NCBI GenBank assembly: GCA_051362555.1
Contig: CM120641.1
Span: 20,770,001-20,834,000 of the forward strand
Length of the DNA: 64,000 bases
Direction of reading: 5' to 3'
Source: Lingula anatina
Taxonomy: Eukaryota > Animalia > Brachiopoda
This document shows, in pieces, positions 1-11,308 of the stretch. Every line of letters starts with the position of its first letter. Within the stretch, counting starts at the first letter, position 1. A program made the translations under genes and the position numbers. The notes beneath the pieces are model-generated. The model did no database searches. It saw only the letters and a program-made list of their open reading frames with translations, and was not told where the DNA came from.

Positions 1-949
1 ATTAAATTCACAAAGAATCAGCGGACTCGATTTCATGTTTTACGAAAGGCAAAAGGGGCGACTAATCAGTGAGGAATACGCCAAGGGGTGGATATTAATT
101 GCGATTGTGACTTTTATCCCTTTTAATCCTTTAACAGTTTTCATAATTTCAAAATTCAAATGCGTTTTCCAAATTTTATTTCCAATTTAGGATCCTCCAA
201 CCAAAATCCATTACGATCCCTCCCAGTTGCGAACCTCCATTATTGATCTCGAGTTTCGAAGTTTAATAGACATTTTTACAATTGCTGAAGTTTAAATGTT
301 TTAAACTTGGCTTATGTACTACATATCATTGTTATCAGTTACAAAACTTGTTTATATTGATTTTTAAAAATTCACCTTTTGCAAATCTTGTGTCGAAACT
401 GGCAAGTGAAAATACAAATGCGACGCTGCATTGTCGTGCGGATTGTATTTAATTGCACCGCTACCGCAATCAATTGGAAGCCCAACGGCAAACAAAGTAT
501 GTCGACATAAGTTTCTTTCGTAATTGTGAACAGATGTTAAGACAGCCCATCTTCTCTAAGGAGACTAAGGGTTTTCTCCGTATTTGGCATGACGCTTCCA
601 ACCTTCCTCAGATGTGATCAAAGACCTTTGAAGGAGTGTCAAACCGTTATGACTCATTAGCAAAACCATGTTTACTCTCTTCAGATAGGATCTATTTTTT
701 ATGAAACTAACATGGCGTGCTAGGATAACATGTTTTTAAATATATATGAATATCAAAGTTAAATTAAACCTGACAAAGCGACAACCCTTATTGCAGGTTG
801 CAAAGCCAGGGAAGATTGTGATGTATGGAAATGATAAATAATACATGTGATTTATTCTTTTGAAACGGTGGGAATTATTAAATTGATATGAGACTTAAGT
901 GAGATTTGCCGAAAATGCTTACCCCCCCTCCCCACACAAACACACAAAA

Positions 950-2590
950 AGAATAATACATCAGCCATTACCATCCAAAGTGAGAGATAAAAAAGAAATA
1001 CGAGTAGATATGTTTGTTTCCAAAATCACCTAATCTCCAACCACGCAAATTCAAATGTCTCATACGTTGTCCAAATTTTTGCTCTTTGTATTTTTTAAAA
1101 TGCTTTGTGTGTATGCCTCAAAGGCATGATACGCCAAATTTAAGTTATGAATATAACGTATAATTTGGAAGTGAAAATACGTATGCGGGTGTAATCGTCT
1201 GTTATAAGTGAGAGAAGGACGACGACTGTCTGGAGCTTTCGAAAGTTTATTCACCTACTCCCTTTTTCATGCTATTTCACAAGTATTTATATTTATATAT
1301 TTATAATTCTCCGCACTGATCACACATTTACTTGTTTTTTCCATAGCCTATGCGTGATTACAAGGAATCCACCATCCTCATGTTGCAAGCCACCATTCAA
1401 CATATCCTTATAAGATTATTTGTAAGAGACTTGTTTTGAATTAAAAATATTTAAATTATTATTTGAATTACTCATTCATGGACCATACCCACCCTTAGAT
1501 TGCATGCGTTTTACACATGTCAGAAAAAAAACAATAATATATCAGCCATTGCCATCCAAAGTGAGAGATAAAAACGAAATACGAGTAGATATGTTAATTT
1601 CCAAAATCACCTAATCTCCTATCACGCAAATTCAAATATAGTTTTTTGGAATGTCTCATACGTTGTCCAAATATTTGCTCTTCGTATTTTTTAAAATGCT
1701 TTGTGTGTATGCCTCAAAGGCATGATACGCCAAATTTAAGTTATGAATATAACGTATAATTTGGAAGTGAAAATACGTAAGTGGATATAAACGTTCTGTT
1801 ATAAGTGAGGGAAGGACGACGACTGTCTGGAGGTTTCAAACGTTTATTCACCGACTGCCTTTTTCATACAATTTCACAAGTATTTCACAAGTACTTGTTT
1901 TGAATTAAAAATATTTAAATTATTATTTGAATTACTCATTCATGGACCATACCCACCCTTAGATTGCATGCGTTTTACACATGTCAGAAAAAAAACAATA
2001 ATATATCAGCCATTGCCATCCAAAGTGAGAGATAAAAACGAAATACGAGTAGATATGTTAATTTCCAAAATCACCTAATCTCCTATCACGCAAATTCAAA
2101 TATAGTTTTTTGGAATGTCTCATACGTTGTCCAAATATTTGCTCTTCGTATTTTTTAAAATGCTTTGTGTGTATGCCTCAAAGGCATGATACGCCAAATT
2201 TAAGTTATGAATATAACGTATAATTTGGAAGTGAAAATACGTAAGTGGATATAAACGTTCTGTTATAAGTGAGGGAAGGACGACGACTGTCTGGAGGTTT
2301 CAAACGTTTATTCACCGACTGCCTTTTTCATACAATTTCACAAGTATTTATATTTATATATTTATTTTTCTCCGTATTGATCACGCATTTAGTTCTTTTT
2401 TTTTTTTTCGTTGTCTTTACATGATTAAAAGGAATCTTCCATTCTCATGTTGCAAGCCACCATTCAACATTTCCTTATTAGGTTATTTCTAAGAGACTTG
2501 TTTTGAATTTAAAATATTTAAAATTTTATTTGAATTACTCATTTTTAGACCATACCTATCCTTAGATTGCATGTGTTTTACAAGTGTCAG
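950..2590. repeat. Local ~460-600 bp repeat units, including a near-perfect 464-bp-period duplication (1429-1884 / 1893-2348)
   Basis: The unit 'catcagccatt(a/g)ccatccaaagtgagagataaaa...ggcatgatacgccaaatttaagttatg...' recurs here and at ~6240, ~6700, ~7270 and ~12440. Confidence 0.9.
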
Positions 2591-2994
2591 AAATTTGCAA
2601 ATCTTTTGAGAAATTAACCAATCAATCGAACAATATGTGACTTAAACATGTTCTCTCTTTTCCTACCACGAAAACATTTTCTACACTTGTGGACTCAGGA
2701 AGAAATTTAACTTGCACTAAATAATTCCCTATCCTTTATCTCATTTGATTTCGTTTTAATAATTATCTTCAATTAGTGAAAGTGTATGTCATTTGCCTTA
2801 CAACAGTTCATTCAAAAAAAAAAAAACAAAACAAAAAAAAAAAAAAAACTTGCAGCTTGGAGGTTTTCGAGGAAATTAAGAGCTAAGACTTTTCTCGAGC
2901 TCGCATCTCAGTTTTCACTGGACTCCATAAATGATTTTATATTGACTGCAGAGAAGCACTGTCAAATTACCCTTCTAATTAAAATCACTTATTC

Positions 2995-4293
2995 TTAGTT
3001 CGAACTGTTTTCTATATTCTGCTTTTTATTTCTCTGTTTCCCAGCCCATGTCCATGGCTTCAGGTCTTGACTGAGGTCCTTCAATGTTTTAACGGTGTAT
3101 GCTACCTTCTCTGGCGTCACGTACTGGTTGATGACAAATCTCATCAAGGCCTCGTTCTTTGGAGTGGTGGGATATAAAAAAATCAACGGGAAGATTCCAT
3201 AGGAACAAAGCACATTATGTGTATACATCGCCCTTTCCTGGTCACCAACCATCAGAGACACTATCGGATGGTTTGCGTTTCCTGTTACTGGATAGCCGGC
3301 TTCTTTAAGCTGTTGCCGAAATGATTGGGAAAGATTTCGCAAGTCATCCCGCTGTTGGGTTGCCAGTATTGCTAACTCTATCGCCTTTTTGACTTTGACA
3401 GCGCTGGGGGTTTGTACATTCTGGCTGAATACGGCTAATGTGGTCGCGTTGTTGAAGCAGTCCGTGACTTCCTTGCTGCTTGCAGCAACACCATTTTGAC
3501 ACGATAGAGCCTTAGCCAAGGACGCCGTTCTAACATGAACGCCGTCTTCTAGCCCTAGATGGGCTACCAGGCCCTCGCCCGCATCTCCCACAACCCCAAC
3601 AGCATGGCTCTCATCAACGACGAGGATGCAATCCAGACGGCGGCACAACTCTACCAATTCTGCCATCGGTGCTTCATCTCCGTTAGTACTGTATATCGAA
3701 TCCACGACGACAACTCCGCTCCCAGCTTTTTCTATCCGAGAACGAAGATGGTCCATGTCATTGTGCCGAAACAGCTTCAATCGCGACGAGGCCTCAGCAA
3801 CGGACACCGCCGTCTTGAAGGTCATGTGGGCGTAATGGTCCATGTAGATGGGGCGATCGTTACCTTTGAGTAAGATCTCTATGACGCCGATGTTTGCGGT
3901 TGCACATGTGTAGGTGATGACAGCGGCTTCACTTTTTAACCACCGAGCCAAGGCCAGTTCTGTATCTTTTACCGGGGAGTTAGGTGGGTGAGAAACAATA
4001 GAGGATACGTTGTGGTCCATACCAGCACGCAGAATGGCGTCTGCATGTGTCTGGTTCAGTTCCTTGTTAAGCCCAAGTCCCAAATAGTCCGAAGAGTAGA
4101 AGTCCACGTGGAATTTTGATTTGTCTAGATTCTCGAACGGGGAGAAGGCCCTATTGAACAAAGTGGCCAATTCCCTTACGTAGTCCCCTGGTAGTCCGCT
4201 TCCCAGATGTCGCTTTGTTATTGTAAATGGCTGGAATGGGGTAGTGGAATGGAATAGTTTGTACCACATGGAACAAAACAGTGAGGTCTTCAT
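2995..4293 (-). CDS. PLP-dependent alpha-oxoamine synthase, CqsA/LqsA (CAI-1 autoinducer synthase)-like, copy 1 (432 aa from ATG 4293)
   Basis: Single-exon ORF with AOS/aminotransferase class II motifs: SSDYLGL, YMDHYAHM, FRHNDMDHL, VVVDSIYSTNG, VVDESHAVG and TASLAK (Schiff-base Lys). The ORF-track start at 4302 is TTG; the first ATG shared by all three copies is at 4293. Confidence 0.88.
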   Translation of the reverse strand: MKTSLFCSMWYKLFHSTTPFQPFTITKRHLGSGLPGDYVRELATLFNRAFSPFENLDKSKFHVDFYSSDYLGLGLNKELNQTHADAILRAGMDHNVSSIVSHPPNSPVKDTELALARWLKSEAAVITYTCATANIGVIEILLKGNDRPIYMDHYAHMTFKTAVSVAEASSRLKLFRHNDMDHLRSRIEKAGSGVVVVDSIYSTNGDEAPMAELVELCRRLDCILVVDESHAVGVVGDAGEGLVAHLGLEDGVHVRTASLAKALSCQNGVAASSKEVTDCFNNATTLAVFSQNVQTPSAVKVKKAIELAILATQQRDDLRNLSQSFRQQLKEAGYPVTGNANHPIVSLMVGDQERAMYTHNVLCSYGIFPLIFLYPTTPKNEALMRFVINQYVTPEKVAYTVKTLKDLSQDLKPWTWAGKQRNKKQNIENSSN

Positions 4294-4312
4294 GTTAGCC
4301 AATGGAGTGCGC

Positions 4313-4395
4313 CTGATTTAGAAAGAATATTCTAATATATTAACATATATTTGGATAATTTTGCTATATTTCATGAGTCCATATCCTAGACTAAC
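4313..4395 (-). other. Predicted 5'-UTR spliceosomal intron of copy 1 (83 nt)
   Basis: Minus strand reads G|GTTAGT...TTCTTTCTAAATCAG|GC, ending 19 nt before the ATG. The same position is conserved in copies 2 and 3. Confidence 0.65.
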
Positions 4396-4461
4396 CACTT
4401 GTATCACTAAATGTCAATCGAACTCTAGAATGTAAAAGAAGAAATAAAGTACCATTTTCCC

Positions 4462-4467
4462 TTTATA
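4462..4467 (-). promoter_or_regulatory. Candidate TATA box of copy 1
   Basis: TATAAA on the minus strand about 70 nt upstream of the intron donor, followed about 30 nt later by a pyrimidine-rich initiator-like stretch (TTCTTTTACATTC). Confidence 0.35.
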
Positions 4468-5557
4468 ATCTACCACCTGTTATTACATCTAAATAATACT
4501 AATTTGTATGAAAGAAATGGTAATCCTCTAGAAACCGCAGTCAGTTTCACGTTACCCTTTTCAGGTGACAGTCGTCCCAAATACAGTATATACTGAGCCT
4601 GACAACCCTAACCTGCATTGATATATCAAACAGGATCCCGTACATCCCATTACTAGGACTAACATTCCTGTTACACTGATATAGTTAAGGGTACTGTGCG
4701 TACGTGAGATGGGGACCGAAGTAGGTTAATTGACTTAGGGTGAAACAGACCCATAAAATACAACGCACTAAGACAATTGTATAAGAATTTTTAAAAATAC
4801 ATAATTTTGAAGAAGTCTTTGGTTGAAGTAGTCGAATTACCCCTGACATTACCTGTGTCCTGATTTCGTTGCTCGGGATCTGTTGGTGAGAAATACAGTG
4901 AAGGACAAGGCTATGAGATGACAAATTTGTAACGGCGAACTTGCTCCAGGGCCTATTGCTATAGCGACAATTGGAAACTTGTAGAGTTGGCATTACTCAA
5001 GCTGACATTACAACCAATTTTTCAGCAGTAGCCACGCCTACCGGCGATGTGCAGTGACCCATTTTAAACCATGCAGTTCTGTGTGCAGTGAAAGATGTGA
5101 AAGCACAAAAAATTGAAGAATGTGTTTAAAACCATCCACATCTTTCGCAATGTTATTATTTAAAGGAATTTACACTTAAAGAGTTTGAGAAAGCTGACTG
5201 TAGCAATGACCAGTAAACAATTTTCACGTTAGGAAAGTGGACTAAACTCATTGAGTAATGAAAAAAAGTTGGTAAGAATTGTATAACCTCTATAACAGAA
5301 CTGGGCAGAATGGCAGGTCACTCGTCGGACGTGTACACTAATGACGCAATCACTGTGTTTGCAATCAATTTTGTTCTGCACATTGAAAGGTTGTCACCGC
5401 TTCAACTTAAAAAAAAGAACTCAAGAGAGAGCTTGGGTACTTTTGTGGATGTGGTGATCTCTGCCAAAAAAAAAAAAAAAAAAAAAAAGGACTGTGCTGT
5501 TCGCGTAGGAATCACCCAAGGAACTCTGTAAAACAGTTTATGTTAGCGGGTTCAAGG

Positions 5558-5775
5558 CAGGGGCGGATCCAGGTTTATTTGAAGGGGGGGTCTGCGGATG
5601 AGAACCCGACCTCCACCCCACCCCCCCACCCCCCTTGGCGTGAGGTTCCGGGGCCGCTTAAAGGCCCCGAAAAAATTGGTATTTTAGAGGGTGAACGGTG
5701 CCATTTGGTGCGGTTTACAACTATGATTCAGCTAGTCAAAATTATAATATCAAGAGGGGACCATTAGTGTCATTT
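5558..5775 (+). mobile_element. Truncated hAT-type MITE (same insertion as 11043-11308)
   Basis: Begins gttcaagg|CAGGGGCGGATCCAGG; the right end has been removed by a deletion. Confidence 0.7.
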
Positions 5776-6065
5776 AAAAAATCGAAGTCGACATAAGTTT
5801 CTTTCGTAATTGTGAAAAGATGTTAAGACAGCCCATCTTCTCTAAGGCGACTAAGGTGTTTCTCCGTATTTGGCATGACGTTTCCACCCTTTCTGAGATG
5901 TGATCAAAGACCGTTTTTGGAAAGATGGGGATTATTAAATTGATGTGAGACTTTGGTGAGATTTGCTTATCGAAAATGCCCTCACAAAAAAAAAAAAAAA
6001 AAAAAAACAAGCGTAAGTGTGGTACAGAGTGCTCAACAGTACGGAGCATTTGTACACAATTAAAA

Positions 6066-6096
<31 letters not shown>

Positions 6097-6156
6097 ACAA
6101 AAGACATGTTAATTTATTTATTTATTTTAATTGTATATATATATACACAATTAAAA

Positions 6157-6159
<3 letters not shown>

Positions 6160-6227
<68 letters not shown>
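6160..6227. repeat. (AT)n microsatellite, with (AAAT)n at ~6064-6096
   Basis: Seen directly in the sequence. Confidence 0.95.
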
Positions 6228-6231
<4 letters not shown>

Positions 6232-7886
6232 AAAATAATAATAACACGTCAGCCATTACCATCCAAAGGTAGAGATAAAAGCGAAATGCGAGTAAATATG
6301 TTCGTTTCCAAAACCACCTAATTACCCATATGCAAATTAAAATATTGTTTATGGTAATGTATAATACTTTGTCCAAATTTTTAAATACATTGTGTGTATG
6401 CGTCAAAGTTATGATACGCCATATGTAAGTTATGAATATCAGATATAATTTGGAAGTGAAAATACGTGTGTGCGTATAATCGTTAATTCGAAGACAAGCA
6501 AAGAAAAAGCCTACAGCCTGGAAGTTTTCGAGTAAATTGTTGGTTTACATAATGTACATGCTGGAGAGAGCTAAGACTTTTCCTAAACTTGCATCTCAGG
6601 CATCATCTAACGGCAAACAAAATATGTCGAAATAAATTTCTTTCGTAATTGTGAAAAGATGTTAAAACAGCCCATCTTCTTTAAGGAGACTTGGGGGTTT
6701 AAGTGAGAGATAAAAACAAAATACTGGTATGTTTGTTTCCAAAACCCCCAAATCTCCTATCACGCACTTTCCAATATAAGTTTTTTGGAATGTCTTATAC
6801 CTTTTGCAAATTTTTGCTCTTTGTATTTTTCAAAATGATTTATGTGTTTGCCTCAGGGGCATGATACGCCAAATTTAAGTTATGAATAGAACGTATAACT
6901 TGGAAGTGAAAATACGTATGCGGGTGTAATCGTTCTGTTATAAGTGAGAGAAGGACGACGACTGTCTGGAGCTTTCGAACGTTTATTCACCGACTGCTTT
7001 TTTCATACAATTTCACAAGTATTTATGCTTATATATTTATATTTCTTGGTACTGATCACACATTTACTTGCTTTCTTTCCATTGTCTTTGCGTGATTACA
7101 AGGAATTTTCCATTCTCATGTTGCAAGCCACCATTCAACATTTCCTTATTAGATTATTTCTAAGAGACTTGTTTTGAATTAAAATAGTTAAAATATTATT
7201 TGAATTACTCGTTCTTGGACCATACCCATCCTTAGAGTGCATGTGTTTTACACGTGTCAGAAAAAAAAACAATAATACATCAGCCATTACCATCCAAAGT
7301 GAGAGATAAAAACTAAATAGGAGTAGATATGTTTGCTTCCAAAATCACCTAATCTCCTACCACGCAAATTCAAATATATTTTTTTGGAATGTCTCATACG
7401 TAATCTAAATTTTTGCTCTTTGTATTTTTTAAAATGCTTTGTGTGTATGCCTCAAAGGCATGATACGCCAAATTTAAGTTATGAATAGAACGTATAACTT
7501 GGAAGTGAAGATACGTATGCGGGTGTAATCGTCTGTTATAAGTGAGGGAAGGACGATGACTGTCTGGAGCTTTGGAACGTTTATTCACCGACTGCCTTTT
7601 TCATACAATTTCACAAGTATTTATGCTTATATGTTTATATTTCTCCTAGTTGTTGTTTTTTTCATTGTCTTTCATTCGAAGACAAACAAAGAAAAATCTG
7701 CAGCTTGAGAGTTTTCGATTAAATTGTTGGTTTACATAATGTACATGCTGGACAGAGCTAAGATCTTTCTCGAGCTCGCATCTCAGGCATCATCTATTTG
7801 AAGTTATGACTGGAGTCCATTAATGATTTTATATTGACTGCAGAGAAGCACTGTCAAATGACCCTTTCAATTAAAATCACTTATTC

Positions 7887-9185
7887 TTAGTTGGAACTGT
7901 TTTCTATATTCTGCTTTTTATTTCTCTGTTTCCCAGCCCATGTCCATGGCTTCAGGTCTTGACTGAGGTCCTTCAATGTTTTAACGGTGTATGCTACCTT
8001 CTCTGGCGTCACATGCTGGTTGATGACAAATCTCATCAAGGCCTCGTTCCTTGGAGTGGCGGGATATAAAAAGATCATCGGGAAGATTCCGTTGGAGCAA
8101 AGCACATTATGTGTATACATCGCCCTTTCCTGGTCACCAACCACCAGAGACACTATCGGATGGTTTGCGTTTCCTGTTACTGGATAGCCGGCTTCTTTAA
8201 GCTGTTGCTGAAATGATTGGGAAAGATTTCGCAAGTCATCCCGCTGTTGGGTTGCCAGTATTGCTAACTCTATCGCCTTTTTGACTTTGACAGCGCTGGG
8301 GGTTTGTACATTCTCGCTGAATAAGGCTAACGTGGTCGCGCTGTTGTAGCAGTCCGTGACTTCCTTGCTGCTTGCAACAACACCATTTTGACACGATAGA
8401 GCCTTAGACAAGGACGCCGTTCTTACATGAACGCCGTTTTCTAGCCCTAGATGGGCTACCAGGCCTTCGCCCGCATCTCCAACAACCCCAACAGCATGAC
8501 TCTCATCAACGACAAGGATGCAATCCAGACGGTGGCACAACTCTACCAATTCTGCCATCGGTGCTTCTTCTCCGTTAACACTGTATATCGAATCCACGGC
8601 GACAACTCCACTCCCAGCTTTTTCTATCCGAAAACGAAGATGGTCCATGTCATTGTGCCGAAACAGCTTCAATCGCGACGAGGCCTCAGCAACGGACAGC
8701 GCCGTCTTGAGGGTCATGTGGGCGTAATGGTCCATGTAAATGGGACGATCGTTACCTTTGAGTAAGATCTCCATGACGCCGATGTTTGCGGTTGCACATG
8801 AGTAGGTGACGACAGCGGCTTCACTTTTTAACCACCGAGCCAAGGCCAGTTCTGTATCTTTTACCGGGGAGTTGGCAGGGTGAGAAACAACACAGGAAAC
8901 GTTGTGGTCCATACCAGCACGGAGAATGGCGTCTGCATGTGTCTGGTTCAGCTCCTGGTTAAGCCCAAGCCCCAAATAGTCCGAAGAGTAGAAGTCCACG
9001 TGGAATTTTGATTTGTCTAGATTCTCGAACGGGGAGTAGGCCCTTTTGGCCAAAGCGGCCAATTCCCGTGCGTAGTCCCCTGGTAGTCCGCTTCCCAGAT
9101 GTCGCTTTGTTATTGTAAATGGCTGGAATGGGGGAGTGGAATGGAATAGTTTGTACCACATGGAACCAAACGTTAGGGTCTTCAT
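7887..9185 (-). CDS. CqsA/LqsA-like alpha-oxoamine synthase, copy 2 (432 aa from ATG 9185)
   Basis: Near-identical paralog of copy 1 with the same motifs (DESH, TASLSK). The ORF-track extension to 9290 runs through the predicted intron. Confidence 0.88.
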   Translation of the reverse strand: MKTLTFGSMWYKLFHSTPPFQPFTITKRHLGSGLPGDYARELAALAKRAYSPFENLDKSKFHVDFYSSDYLGLGLNQELNQTHADAILRAGMDHNVSCVVSHPANSPVKDTELALARWLKSEAAVVTYSCATANIGVMEILLKGNDRPIYMDHYAHMTLKTALSVAEASSRLKLFRHNDMDHLRFRIEKAGSGVVAVDSIYSVNGEEAPMAELVELCHRLDCILVVDESHAVGVVGDAGEGLVAHLGLENGVHVRTASLSKALSCQNGVVASSKEVTDCYNSATTLALFSENVQTPSAVKVKKAIELAILATQQRDDLRNLSQSFQQQLKEAGYPVTGNANHPIVSLVVGDQERAMYTHNVLCSNGIFPMIFLYPATPRNEALMRFVINQHVTPEKVAYTVKTLKDLSQDLKPWTWAGKQRNKKQNIENSSN

Positions 9186-9203
9186 GCTGCCAATGGAGTG
9201 CGC

Positions 9204-9287
9204 CTGATTTAGAAAAGAATATTTTAATATATTAACATATATTTGGATAATTTTGCTATATTTCATGAGTCCATATCCTAGACTTAC
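9204..9287 (-). other. Predicted 5'-UTR intron of copy 2 (84 nt)
   Basis: G|GTAAGT...TTCTTTTCTAAATCAG|GC, a consensus donor and acceptor, ending 18 nt before the ATG. Confidence 0.7.
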
Positions 9288-11042
9288 CAATTGTATCTCA
9301 ACGGCACTATGATCTTTGTATGTGCACAGACAGTCACTGCTAGGCCAACATTGGCAAGTGGGCGATGGAAGTTCGTACGAAATCCTCCAATAAATTTAAA
9401 GTATTTATCAATCAAATGAAAAACTGGAGGGCGTGGAAAGAAAAAAGCATTGTCTGTGGACATGTCACCGTTGAATTAATTGAACTTGTTAAGAAAGCAT
9501 TATTGTGACCGGTCTGGTTACGGTCTGGATCACTCTTTCCACATACCTGGGAATATCGTATCTATGGTCGGTCGCTTAGTACAATACTGAACTGCATAGA
9601 AAGACACAGATACATGCACCGCCGCATACTGATTATGTGCTGAATACCAGTTGATATCACAGGCGAGTATCTTATAACGCGATCAATAAAGTGATGATAA
9701 AACCATTCATTGTTTATAAAAACTATAAAATTAATACAATTACTTGGAGATGTAATGTTTATTTGCGAAATTCTTTAAAATTCGTCAGAATATTAACATC
9801 CGCAAACTGTACAAAGAGTATGCTATTACTATTACATCTAATTAATGTTCATTTGTATGAAAGAAATGGTAACCTTTTTCAGGTGACAGTCGTCCCATAT
9901 ACAGCATATACTGAGCCTGAAAACCATAACCTGTACTGATATATCAAACAGGATCCCGTACATCCCATTACTAGGACTACCACTTCTGTTACACTGATAC
10001 AGTTAAGGGTACCGTGCGTTCTTGAGATGGGGACCGAAGTAAGCTAATTGACTTAGGACTATGAAACAGACCCATAAAATACTACGCACTAAGACAACTG
10101 TATAAGATTTTTTAAAAATACATAATATCGAAGTAGTCTTTGGTTGAGGTGGTCGAATTACCGCTGACATTACCTGTGTCCTGATTTAGTAGCTCGGGAT
10201 CTGTTGGTGTGAATTCACAGTGAAGGGCGAGGCTATGAGATGACAAATTTGTAACGGCAAACTTGCTCCAGGGACTATTGCTATAGCAACAACTGGAAAC
10301 TTGTAGAGTTGACACTACTCAAGCTGAAATACACCCAACTTTTCAGCAGTAGCCACGCCTACCAGCGATGTGCAGTGAGCCATTTTTAAACCATGCAGTG
10401 CTGTGTGCAGTGAAAGATGAGAGAGCACAACAAACTGATGAGTGTGTTTAAACTTACCATCGACATCTTTCGCAATGTTATTATTTACAGGAATTTATGC
10501 TTTAAGAGTTAAACCTATAATGTCCATTTTTTCGCGATGGGGATATTGAACAACCGATTGAAATGAATCTATAGGCCTAACACACTAGTTAAAATGATAT
10601 ATTTTGAAAATTAGAGATATAAGTATTATTTCAAAATTTCAGTGTGATAAATGTCACATCACCTTTGATAAAGGTGACTGTAGCAATGACCAATAAACAA
10701 TTTTCACGTTATGATAGTGGACTAAACTCACTAAGTAATGAAAAAAGTTGGTAAGAATTGTATAACCTCTATAACAGAACTGGTTAGAATGGCAGGTCAC
10801 TCGTCGGACGTGTACACTAATGACGCAATCACTGGTGTTTGCAATCAATTTTGTTCTGCACATTTGAAGGTTGTCACCGCTTCAACTTGGTTAGTTTTGT
10901 GGATGTGGTGATCTCTGCAAAAAATAAATAAATAAATAAATAAAAATAAATAAATAAATAAAAATAAAAAAGGACTGTGCTGTTCGCGTAGGAATCATTC
11001 AAGGAACTCTCCGTAAAACAGTTTATGTTAGCGGGTTCAAGG

Positions 11043-11308
11043 CAGGGGCGGATCCAGGATTATTTGAAGGGGGTGGGGTCCACGGATGCAAAGCCGACCC
11101 CCCCCCCTCCCTTGGCGTGGGGTCCGGGCCCTCCTAAGGACCCCGAAAAAATTGGTATTTTAAAGGGCAAACGGTGCCATTTGGTACGATTTATAACTTT
11201 GATTTAGCTAGTCAAAATTATAATATCAAAAGGGGACCATTGGTGTGATTTTTTTTAAATCAAAGGGGGGTCAGGACCCCCTGACCCCCCCCTCTAAATC
11301 CGCCACTG
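11043..11308 (+). mobile_element. Non-autonomous hAT-type MITE with 8-bp target-site duplication
   Basis: Imperfect TIRs CAGGGGCGGAT...ATCCGCCACTG, flanked on both sides by GTTCAAGG (11035-11042 and 11309-11316). Confidence 0.85.

Noticed and set aside
1060-1254. 64-aa ORF recurring at 7394-7588
   Set aside because: It lies in the non-coding repeat unit, has a non-ATG start, and other unit copies are frameshifted.
3559-3873. Plus-strand 104-aa and 69-aa ORFs repeated three times (also 8451-8765 and 13442-13756)
   Set aside because: They are antisense shadows of the duplicated synthase CDS; recurrence is explained by the duplication.
2995-4293. Ordinary SPT, ALAS, KBL or BioF gene
   Set aside because: The family-typical G-x-G-x-x-R loop, SMDG/SMEG, DEAH and GT-x-x-K motifs are replaced by CqsA-type variants. 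A phylogeny is still needed to confirm.
6106-6406. ORFs with poly-YI, and similar poly-HT or poly-ER runs at 15628-15859 and 31723-31923
   Set aside because: They are translations of microsatellites.
9186-9290. 35-aa N-terminal extension of copy 2 in the ORF track
   Set aside because: It starts at TTG, spans the predicted intron, and the frame is not conserved in copies 1 and 3.
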